Of a stretch of DNA of 64,000 bases, positions 28,419 to 37,954 are shown piece by piece (position 1 is the stretch's first letter; the number at the start of each line of letters is the position of its first letter). Source of the stretch: Podarcis liolepis (taxonomy: Eukaryota); assembly GCA_965112155.1 (NCBI GenBank), contig OZ218103.1. The stretch is one strand, 5' to 3'. The notes under the pieces were generated by a model. The model was not told the origin of the DNA. It saw only the letters and a program-made list of their open reading frames with translations, and did not search any database. The position numbers were made by a program, and so were the translations under genes.

Positions 28419-28570
28419 CTAGCAAGAAGAAATGACGAAGTTAGCAACAGATGAATTTTTCATATTGTATGTTGTGCTATGAATATATGTGTGGTAGTTC
28501 TTGGTGCACATTCAAATACTCATCCTAGCTTTCAAATTGTAACAGATTTCATTAATCGCTATCATTGACC

Positions 28571-28572
<2 letters not shown>

Positions 28573-28605
<33 letters not shown>
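28573..28605. repeat. (CA)n microsatellite
   Basis: Directly visible. Confidence 0.95.
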
Positions 28606-28606
<1 letters not shown>

Positions 28607-29409
28607 AGAAAGGAATCAGATGTTTCAAGTTAAGGTAAAGTACCTGTATGTTGACTACAGAAACAAAAAGGAAATTGCCAGCAAGAGGTTACCAAAGGTG
28701 TTTCAGCTATTTCTCGCTAGAGCTCCCCAATCAGCATGAAAGGGGAATTTTTTAGCCACCGAGAAGAGGTCTTCTCACCCTTTGTGCACACTGGAGCCAA
28801 TCCAATTGAAAGGAGGAAAGTCAGCCTCTGAAGATTGGCTCTTAGGGTCACTCGGGTGAAGGTCTATGGAAATAAAACTGAGGTGTATACTCCAAAGCTT
28901 AGCATTTAGGAACACTGAAAACACAAAGTGCTTCAGCTTCAAGAGAATGGTGCTCAAATTCTGTTAAGTACAATGGAACTTGGAGGAAAGTCACTGTGAA
29001 ATAAAATATTGCAGCACTCCAAATCATTTATTTGTATACATGCATAGAAAAAATTGTATCTAGCTGAAAAGCAACAAGTGGAGATCTGCATTGATGATTG
29101 CAATGCATCCCAAATTATTACTATATAATTACGTATATTATGGTGCAATCTAAGAAGACGAGCGGCTACAACATCATGAAGGGACCTGCACTTCCTAAAT
29201 TTGTCATTACACTACTGCTGTGAACATAAACTGTTATTACCCTCTGGCCCAGCATAAAGTAATAACGTACTGAGAGGACTCTTAGTCCGCCTTCCCACTT
29301 TTATGTTTTTAGGCTTCTTCTTGTGAAGTGGGTGTATTCTTTGGTGGCGACGCTTCTTTTTAGGTGGGGGGGTGTGACTCGACTGTTGGTAGACATGGGA
29401 GTGGCTCTC

Positions 29410-29880
29410 TTTGGGACCTTCTCTGAGATGTTGGGCAGATTTGAGGGTAAACCATATACAGCACGGGTCTGCCCTTGTGGCTCGTTGGAAGTTGAAACTG
29501 CTCTACATGTACTATTACGTTGTCGTCTTTATGAGGATATACGTTTGACTTTTATTACACCTGTTTTGCAAAAGTCCAGGAAAGAATCAGAACTCTATAG
29601 TTTAAAACTACTGCTAGAGGATAAGAATCCCAAGACTACATTAAATGTAGCCAAATTCTGTGTGTTTGCAATCAATCACAGGAAGCAAGTGGTATCCCAT
29701 AATGACCAAACCCCCAAATGTTAACTACAGGGAGCACGCTAATAATTAATTTTAATTTTTATATTTAAATCCTTGTTATACTCATATTGTCCTTTGTATT
29801 TCTGATATTTTTATGATCTGTGATATTGTGTTTGTTGATGCTGCTCTGTGACCGTATTAATAAATTCATTCATTCATTCC
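29410..29880 (+). mobile_element. 5'-truncated non-LTR retrotransposon 3' end (RTE-X-like CCHC region) in BCL10 intron 1
   Basis: GRFEGKPYTARVCPCGSLEVETALHVLLRCRLYEDIR, then AATAAA and an (ATTC)n tail; family assignment uncertain. Confidence 0.65.
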
Positions 29881-31209
29881 ACACATAGTATGTGGACTTC
29901 ATAGCAGGAAAAAATAGAACTAGCAAGAACTAATTTTATTGACTCATACATGTGTCAAGCTCAGAAACAAAAGAGGGGAATTCCTATAAACACTCCAAGA
30001 GAAACTCCTACGTAGAAATTTACAAACGGGGGCAGAATGCATGCGATTTAGTGGACCTTCCTTCCTCCTTTTTAATGTTCTTCTAGGACAAGAAAGGGCA
30101 CTCACCCAGAGACTTTTCTGCAATTCAGAGAACCTCCCCTGCCCCCCAACAGTGGCATTCCTGTGAGAACATGCCTCACTGCTAGGAACTGCGATTGACA
30201 TGACTCACAGCTCTCACCTAGTACAGTATATTTTACGTTCTAATACAGCCCTTCCAATGCAGGTTGAGCAGTGGGGTGGGTGCACAGAAGCAACCAACTC
30301 AAAGGGGCTGGGGTCTCTTTGCCCCTCCCCCAATAAAATATTTAAGGGGGCCAGCCCCCCTCAAGTTGATGGACATGGCCATTCAAGCAGTGTGTGAGCA
30401 CCACATCATGCGATCCATTGTGTGGGGGCGAGGCTTACCTGGCTCCCCCCACCTAATATTTTATTCAAGTCGGCACCCCTCGGTGGGTGGTGCACTGGGG
30501 ACCAAGCGTAGAAGGGGTGGCGGTGGTGAAAGGAACACAGAAACCTCCATTATGCTTATTATTATTATCAACTGAATTTATATACCACCCTATACCCAGA
30601 GGGCTCAGGGGCAGGTGGTTAACAGAATAAAATACAAAATCGCAAAAGACACAATCAAAATAAAAACAACCCAATAACTACCCCACCCAAAAAAACCCAC
30701 ATTTTAAAAGGGCATATGATCTTCACACCATTACCCCAGGACAATATCCATCTTACAAGGCAGAGCCAGGATCTTATCCAGGACACCCGCAGGTATGCAT
30801 TTCCTCCTTCTCACCCTCTTGCTACAGAGCATGGGGTTTTTGCTGGGAGTAGTGGGGCGGGGGGCAGACTTTAGTTAGTGGGGGTGGGGCAGGCCCTCCA
30901 TGTTAAGTATTTTTATTTATTTTTATTGATCTGGTGGCGGGGGGGGGGGGGGGGGGACGGCAGCTACTACGCCCATCCTACAGAGGCAGGAAAAGGCATC
31001 TCCCCTTTTCCAGGAGAGAAACAAACAAACAAAAAGGCGGGAATCTTGGCACAGAGGAGCCTTAAACAAACCAGCGCTTTTTGCTTTTAAAGAACACGGC
31101 AGCCTCGGCATTCACTGCCTTATAAACAAGCACCCGGCCACACGCCACCTCCCCAAAAGCTTTACCCCTCCCCACCGCTCTCCCCATTCCCCACGACACG
31201 CTTTTCCAT

Positions 31210-31670
31210 TCACACGATACGAATACCCCCCCCCCGCTTTCCCTCCCTCCCCGCGTGTCTGGAGGGGCAGAGGCTCCTCTCCCCGTTCTCGCGGTCCTTA
31301 CTTCCTTCTTCACCTCCGCCATTTCGTCGTCGGTAAGCGGCCGCCCGGCAGCCGGGAGCCCAGAGTCGGCCATGGCGGAAACGGCTTCGGAGGGCGACGG
31401 TGAGAGGGCGAGAGAGGGAAGGGAAGAAAGGAAGGGAGGGAGGAGGGAAAGAGAAGGGAGCCGCTGCCCCCCTCTTCCTCAGCGGCCCTTCAAGCCCGAC
31501 TCCCCCGGGGAGATGCCGAAGCTTCCGGCGCCGGGGTGAGAAGCCCCGCCCACCTCTCTCGAGGCCACGCCCACTCTCCGCCGGCCGTGGCGAGAGACCG
31601 CACGCAAGGCTTACCGCTGGCGCAGGCGCGCGCGCGCCCTTCCGGGCACTGCTACCTCCCTGCCAAATCG
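31210..31670. promoter_or_regulatory. CpG island / BCL10 promoter
   Basis: CpG-rich; GC box ccccgccc (~31543), ETS-type cttccgg (~31522, ~31639), gcgcgcgcgc run (~31626). Confidence 0.8.
31302..31373 (-). CDS. BCL10: BCL10 coding exon 1
   Basis: MADSGLPAAGRPLTDDEMAEVKKE; Kozak GCCATGG; donor GTAAGG; exons 72+289+359 nt = 239 aa plus stop. Confidence 0.93.
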
Positions 31671-31673
31671 CAG

Positions 31674-31809
31674 GATCATACCATTCGAAGGGACCGCCGG
31701 GGGCCATCCAAGTCCAACCCCCTGCAAATGCAGGGATCCTTTTGCCCGGCGTAGGGTTCGAGCCCATAACGCTGAGATAAAAGAGGCAACTCGCTCTACC
31801 AACTGAGCT
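31674..31809 (-). mobile_element. tRNA-derived SINE with CR1-type 3' tail
   Basis: Minus strand AGCTCAGTTGGTAGAGC (A box) ... GGGCTCGAACCC (B box), then a CR1-like ggttggacttggatggcc tail; related partial copy at ~34670-34776 (+). Confidence 0.7.
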
Positions 31810-32413
31810 CTTAATCTTATCTATCTAGGCAACTGCCCCCCCTCCAAAAAAGTAAATCAATAAAAAAATAATTAGCTGATGTTCCGCGCCCTAATAAAAA
31901 TCGTGGCAGCGCTCTTTAACTATTGCTAATCGTTTCTGCTTGGTTTTTTAGTGCTTATTTTGGCTGCGTTATTAATATTATTATTCTTTCTATATTTATC
32001 TACATCTCGCTTTTCTCACAAAACCAGGAATGTTCTGTTTTACAATTTAGAATACTCATTTAAACATCCTTAAAATACCAGTGACTTCCCTTCCTCTTTC
32101 CATGGTTCATTTGGCGTATCATAAATCCCTGCATATTTTACGCAAACTAAGCCATTCAGTATTCCATTATTACATCCATCAAAACTTATTTACACTGTTG
32201 AATTTATCTTAATGCTGCCAACGTTTTCAAGTGTACACAATTCCCGCCGCCCCAGTCAGATCCAGGATTCAAAGTGGCTCAAAACTAATCTAGAGATAGA
32301 ACACATATAGCTTAAAACATATAAGGTTGTGGTTAACCATTGTTAACTAAAAAAATGTAAAAATCAAATAAAAATCATTTGTTCATTTATTCGCCATTAG
32401 TTTATATCTACAT

Positions 32414-32542
32414 CAAGCTTCCTCAACTTCCAGATGTTTTTGGCCTACAACTCCCATGATCCCTAGCTAGCTGGACCAATGGTCAGGGATGATGGGAATT
32501 GTAGTCTCAAAACATCTGGAGGGCCGAGGTTGAGGAAGCCTA
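32414..32542. mobile_element. hAT MITE (same family as 6421)
   Basis: TIRs caagcttcctcaac / gttgaggaagccta; perfect 8-bp TSD atctacat. Confidence 0.85.
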
Positions 32543-33078
32543 ATCTACATCCATAGACTTGCACAGTACAGTCATGGATCTGCTGCTTCATGGCACAAAA
32601 ACGTGAACCCAAGGCATAAATCCCTAAGAATTTGTGTTTGATACACACACCCTCTGCATCAAACCGCATAATATACATGGATGCAGATGTGCTCTGTGAT
32701 TTGATGGTGGTTTGCCGGAATCACGTATAAAAATTCGGAGGATGCGTGAGGATCTGTCCTTAAGCTCCATACTGGTTCCATAGTGTTATTTTTACTGTAC
32801 AGTCCGAGGACACGGGTGTAACCTTTTTCTTCACCCAGGTTTGGGGAGATGCCAGGAGAAAATCCCAAGTATTCCGTGAGGATCCACACCCTGTAATCAT
32901 GTTTTTGCACTATGACGGTGCCAGGAACCAGTGCCACACCTGTGATTTTCCCAGTCTAGTCTATGGATATGGAAACGATCTCTAATTTTATAGTGGTTTT
33001 GCTGGGAATCTGTACAAAATCATGCAAATTCTTTGGGATGCATGTCTTAGATTTGTGTATTTGGGTGCAGTGAATCTC

Positions 33079-33278
33079 CGTAGTGGCACCCGCCCTGTGG
33101 AACACCCTCCCACCAGATGTCGAAGAGAAAAACAACTACCAGACTTTTGGAAGACATCTGAAGGCAGCCCTGTTTAGGGAAGCTTTTAATGTTTAATAGA
33201 CTATTGTATTTTAATATTCTGTTGGAAGCCACCGAGAGTGGCTGGGGAAACCCAGGCAGATGTGCGGGGTATAAATAA

Positions 33279-33338
<60 letters not shown>
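33079..33338 (+). mobile_element. L2 LINE 3' end with (TTA)n tail
   Basis: gtggcacccgccctgtggaacaccctccc...agacatctgaaggcagccctg...ggggtataaataaa(tta)n; homologous to 60630-61026. Confidence 0.75.
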
Positions 33339-33339
<1 letters not shown>

Positions 33340-33931
33340 CTGTGCAGTCCACAGGTACAAGCATGAACTATAATCTGAAGGTAATTTTAATAGGATCCCT
33401 TGTAAAAAAATCTTTAAGAATTGTACTGTACGTACTTCATTCCACCTGAGACAGCAAATCTCACAGACAACTCTCATTCCTCTGGCAGCAAATATACAAC
33501 AATAAATTAAATAATGAATTAAACAGCTAACCTTTTGTGACACCATCACACTATAAGCTTCTTATGGTGGATCTAGCCAGGCCCTGAAGCCATTTTTAAG
33601 AAAGACATGTTTTTTAGTTTCGTCTTTGTTTCTTTTCTCCCTTTTTTACAGTCACATTCTATCATTCTATCAAAGTAATCACTTGTGAAAAGACCCTTTA
33701 AATAGATGTTCGTTTTAGCTAGCTAATGTTAACAGATATGGGAAACACAGAACTACCTGAGGAAACTATTGTGGGATTTCCCTTTGTATGCCTACTTGCA
33801 AGGCCTTAATCCTGTATACATTTAAGTCAGTTAGACTTGCTTTTGTGTAATCATGTGAGTAGGATTTCACTGGTAATAATACTTTCTTCACTATAGTCTG
33901 AGGCTAGCAGTAATAATATAATATTGTCATA

Positions 33932-34177
33932 TAGTGGTACCTCGGGTTACATACGCTTCAGGTTACAGACGCTTCAGGCTACAGACTCCACTAACCCAGA
34001 AATAGTGCTTCAGGTTAAGAACTTTGCTTCAGGATGAGAACAGAAATCGTGCTCCGGCGGCACGGCAGGCAGCAGTGGGAGGCCCCATTAGCTAAAGTGG
34101 TGCTTCAGGTTAAGAACAGTTTCAGCTTAAGTACGGACCTCCGGAACGAATTAAGTTCTTAACCTGAGGTACTACTG
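33932..34177. mobile_element. Tc1/mariner (Tigger-like) MITE, reverse orientation relative to 11542
   Basis: (c/t)agtggtacctcgggtta ... taacctgaggtactactg with TA flanks. Confidence 0.85.
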
Positions 34178-34182
34178 TATTA

Positions 34183-34323
34183 CAGTGAGTGAAAAAAATA
34201 TTTGATCCCCTGCTAAATTTGCCCGTTTGCCCCCTGACGAAGAAATGACCAGTCCATAATTTTAATGGTAGGTTTACTGTAGCTGTGAGAGACAGAATAA
34301 CAACAGGAAAAACCCCAGAAACC
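34183..34323 (+). mobile_element. Terminal fragment of a Tc1 element
   Basis: TA|cagtgagtgaaaaaaatatttgatcccctgc... is a Tc1 IR/DR-type end; only one end is present. Confidence 0.65.
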
Positions 34324-35992
34324 ATTTTTTTTAGTAGATGGTGGAGACTGTTATTTCCACAAAAGTAAAACATGTTTTCGATAATGTCAACCTTCCTTCA
34401 AAATACTGACTGTTATACTAAACTATGGGAGATACAATGCTGAAGCAAATTTGCGGCAGTGCTATTTATTGAGTTCCCACTAGAGGTCTCTGCTGTTTAA
34501 CACTTTCACCCCAACAAATCTCTCCCTCCCCCCAATCATTTCCAGCATTACTTTAAATTCTTATAATTTATAGCTACTAGATTGAAATTTCCACCTACAT
34601 TGTAGAGAAACGGGATAGAAGTGTATGGAGAAAGTGGCTAGAGAAGTTTCTCTCTCTCCTAGCACTGGAACTCGTGGACCTCATGGGTTCAAGTCCCACG
34701 TTGGGCAAAAGATTCCTGCATTGCAGGAGATCGGACTAGATGACCCTAGTGTCCTTTCCAACTCTATAATTCTATGAATTCATGGCACAAAAACAAGGCT
34801 TGGGGTAGGAGACAATGCTGAAAGAGATATCCTCTCAAGTCATCGTGTTCATGATTTGATGCAATTGTGTGCATACTTGTGTTGTGTACGTCTGTGTTGA
34901 GTAAGGAACTAGGAACCAGGAACCACGTTCAGTCTTGTAACACACAGCCCCCCTGCCCCCTCCTTTGATACCATATCTGAAAAACTCTCTCTCCGTGTAA
35001 GCTGTCGCTTGATGAAATCAGTTTTCCTTATCAGGAAGAGGAAGATTTCTCTCTCTTCCTTCTGAAGGAGCTCTGAAAGAAGATCGCTCAGAATGATTGC
35101 TGTATCCAGGTCATCTACATGTGACGTTCATAGCTCTTGACTCTTTAGCGCTCTTCCCAGCTCTCTCTGCTGTGCAGGTAGTGGTTTTATTACCACCCCG
35201 TTCCTCTTGCCGTCGCATGATTAATCCTTGACAATCTGAACTTCTGTTGGCTTGCAATCATCAAAGGTTACCTTGAAATAGGTGGCAGACTTTTAAGGAA
35301 AAAACACAGCGTGCATGCAAATGTCTTCCTAAATGCATGTAACATTTATTACCTTTTACTGTTCTGCCAGAGATGTTTTCTTGGAAATGTGGCAACAGCA
35401 TTCATCCCTGCTTTTGCCATGGCTGTTGTCTGTTTCCTTCCACATTTAACTTGGCTTCTGCATCATGAAATGGACCTTCTGTTTTTTATTTACTCCCTAA
35501 TGCAAAACTCATCTTTCCGCAAGGGGACTGTCTTCAGGCTTATGCTTTTCCACGGGCCAAGATGGGAATTTGCAGAAAGTAATTTTGCAATCTTTTACCT
35601 CTCACCTTTTACCTTCTTCTATTCAATGTTATAGCAAACCCAGTAGAAGCCTCCTTGGCATAAGACTGCTTCATATGTTCTTATCAGCGGAAGAATGATA
35701 CCCCACAGGTTGAGCCTGCCTAGATCAATCTCATCGATCAGACCACATTGTGGCAGAGAACAGCTGCCATGCGAAAAAATGCTTGCAGGACACCTCTCTC
35801 CAGGAAAGCCAAACCCATGTATTACTGCAGAAGGTAGGCCAGGATCTCTGGTCAGTTGGGGTACAATTTTGTTCCCTCCTTGAAATACCATTCTGAAATT
35901 GAGCAAAAAACCCTGCATATTGGATGGCAAGGGAACACAGCAATATACCAGTCCCCAACTGAAATCACCAATCTCCAAGTGTTTTTAGTTGT

Positions 35993-36784
35993 TGTCAGGG
36001 GTTTAGGAGCAGAAGCACGGGCAAGGGAGGAAACAGAGAGCGAAGGGGAGGAGGCAGAAGAAAAGATGAGTGACGACGACGACCCGAGATCTCCTAGTCT
36101 TTCCAGTGAATCAGAGGATTCACAGAAAGGAGCACCAGTGGCGAGGGCAAGGGGGGAGTCTAGGGGGGCACCCCAGGAAGACAGAGCCAGAGAGGACTCA
36201 GGGGGGAGCAGCTGGAAATCGGGACCAGCGTCACCGCCAGGAAGCAGGGAAGAGGAAGGGAGCCAGGGGGGAAGCGCTGGCAGCTCACCACAGGAGGGAG
36301 GACATGAGTCAGGAGTGGCCACACCTCCACAGGAGGGAGGACATGAGTCGGGGATGGCCACACCTCCATCGGGGAGCGAAGAAACGGTTGAGAGGAAAGT
36401 GGAAGGTTGGGCGCGCGCGCCAAGTTCAAATGCAGAGGAAGGCGGCGCAGTAAGCAGCCCCGAAAGAGAGCCAGGTCCTAAAGCCCGGCGCAAGGAGGCA
36501 GGAGGGTCTGGGTCAGCGTCAGAAGAATCCCGGAAGGAAGAAGCCCCGGGGGGTAGAGGGACCCAGAGGAGGACAGTCAGGAGGAAAAGGTGGAGCAAGG
36601 CTAGGATATTAAGTTGGTGCACACAGGGCGGAGACTCAGACGGAGCTTCGCCGACCTAGCTACTAGGCGTAGAGTTGCGCGCAGCAGCGTGAGAATGGAA
36701 ACTGTAATTCAATAAAGACTTTTACTTAATGACCGCTGGCTAGCGTGATCCTCTGTGAGCTAGGATCTTCAAGCAGCTCTGACA
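35993..36784 (+). repeat. 5' LTR (792 bp)
   Basis: Direct repeat of 41823-42614; TATTAA 36607-36612, AATAAA 36711-36716. Confidence 0.97.
36607..36648 (+). promoter_or_regulatory. LTR TATA-like box and predicted transcription start (~36638)
   Basis: TATTAA lies 31 nt upstream of agacggagctt, the segment complementary to the PBS. Confidence 0.7.
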
Positions 36785-36786
36785 GT

Positions 36787-36797
36787 AAGCTCCGTCT
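36787..36797 (+). other. Self-priming primer binding site (11 nt)
   Basis: aagctccgtct is the exact reverse complement of agacggagctt (36638-36648); no TGG-starting tRNA PBS. Confidence 0.85.
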
Positions 36798-36874
36798 CCT
36801 CTTGTGGGCATCTACAGCCTCGAGGAGGGGAGAGACACAGGTGCCTACTAGCAAGCTCACGAACGGCAGACGAC

Positions 36875-37939
36875 ATGACGGCTGAGCAGCAGATAGAGGA
36901 ACTCAGAAACGCGGTGGCACAACTGAACGCCGAGGCTCTAGCATCCAGGAAGAGGGAGGAGGAAGCAGCCGCAGCCTGCAGGGATCTCCAGGTCAGGTTA
37001 GACGTGCTGACAAAGCAGACACCCCGGCAGGAGGGCATTGGGTTGGCGAGACGGACAGGCGGGCTGGTCTCTCACTTCGATGGGAACCTGCAACAGTATC
37101 CCAACTTTAGAGCCGACGTACTGTGCGCACTGCAACTGCTGCATAAAGACTTTAGAAATGAACAAGAGAGAGTGGGGTTCATCATGTCCCATCTGCATGG
37201 GGATGCGAGAGCATGGCTACGCAATTTATGGAGAGATAAGGATCCGGCGCTACAGAATGCAGATGCCTTTATTAAAGCAATGGATGGGTGTTTTTTATCA
37301 AGTATTGACGTGGATCTTGCACGGAAGGAGGTGCATGGGCTGAGACAAGGGAGGGCCAGCGTCAGGCAGTACCATGCCCGCTTTTTCGCCTTGGTCAGTG
37401 CCCTGGAATGGGACAGAGATTCGGCTCCTGTAAGAGACCTCTTTTGGGAGGGGCTGCATAACTCGATTAAAGATGAGATCGCCAGGGGGGAGAGACCCCG
37501 AACCACCCAGGAGGTCGTTCAGAGGGCACTGGCAGTGGGGGTGAGGCTGGAAGGACGTCCGTGGAACAGGGACGAAGGGCGTGGAGGGCGCGAACCAGCC
37601 GGGGGCCCCTCTTTCTTTCCCAGGGAAGCAGCGCGGGCGCAATCCACGCCTCCGCCAGGAGGAGGAGCCGAACCTATGGAGGTGGGAGGTGCAAGGGCTC
37701 AGTCAGCAACCAGAGCCCTAGCACCAGCAGCAGTGAAAGCGAAGCCTCCTAGAGGGAACAGGAAGTGTTACGTCTGTGAGGAGCCAGGGCATATGGCGAA
37801 AGAGTGTCCCCAGAGGCCCCACAAGCTCACTGCAGCCTCAGCAATGGTGACTGCAGCAACACAGCAAGGAGGACCACAGCAGGGAAACGAGGCTGTCTGG
37901 CTGGAGGAAGAGGCACTGGGGCCCAGCCAGACGTGTTAG
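36875..37939 (+). CDS. gag: Retrotransposon Gag (coiled coil, capsid, CCHC nucleocapsid)
   Basis: FDGN..Y..F capsid motif, FWEGL...IKDEI, EPMEVG motif, CYVCEEPGHMAKEC zinc knuckle; 354 aa. Confidence 0.93.
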   Translation: MTAEQQIEELRNAVAQLNAEALASRKREEEAAAACRDLQVRLDVLTKQTPRQEGIGLARRTGGLVSHFDGNLQQYPNFRADVLCALQLLHKDFRNEQERVGFIMSHLHGDARAWLRNLWRDKDPALQNADAFIKAMDGCFLSSIDVDLARKEVHGLRQGRASVRQYHARFFALVSALEWDRDSAPVRDLFWEGLHNSIKDEIARGERPRTTQEVVQRALAVGVRLEGRPWNRDEGRGGREPAGGPSFFPREAARAQSTPPPGGGAEPMEVGGARAQSATRALAPAAVKAKPPRGNRKCYVCEEPGHMAKECPQRPHKLTAASAMVTAATQQGGPQQGNEAVWLEEEALGPSQTC

Positions 37940-37954
37940 TGACGCAGTCCCCAG
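37882..37954 (+). promoter_or_regulatory. -1 ribosomal frameshift signal (G GGA AAC plus pseudoknot)
   Basis: Slippery heptamer in the gag frame, 6-nt spacer, 10-bp stem 1 and 6-bp stem 2; pol is in the -1 frame. Confidence 0.85.

Noticed and set aside
31740-31809. tRNA-like sequence as a real tRNA gene
   Set aside because: Cloverleaf is degenerate and fused to a CR1-type tail, i.e. a SINE head.
35856-36659. 267-aa ORF starting in flanking DNA and reading into the 5' LTR
   Set aside because: It is just the U3 frame plus 137 nt of stop-free flank with a TTG start; not a host-fusion gene on present evidence.
37804-37887. ORF-track start of pol at a GTG
   Set aside because: Pol is better explained by -1 frameshifting at 37882-37888 than by independent initiation.
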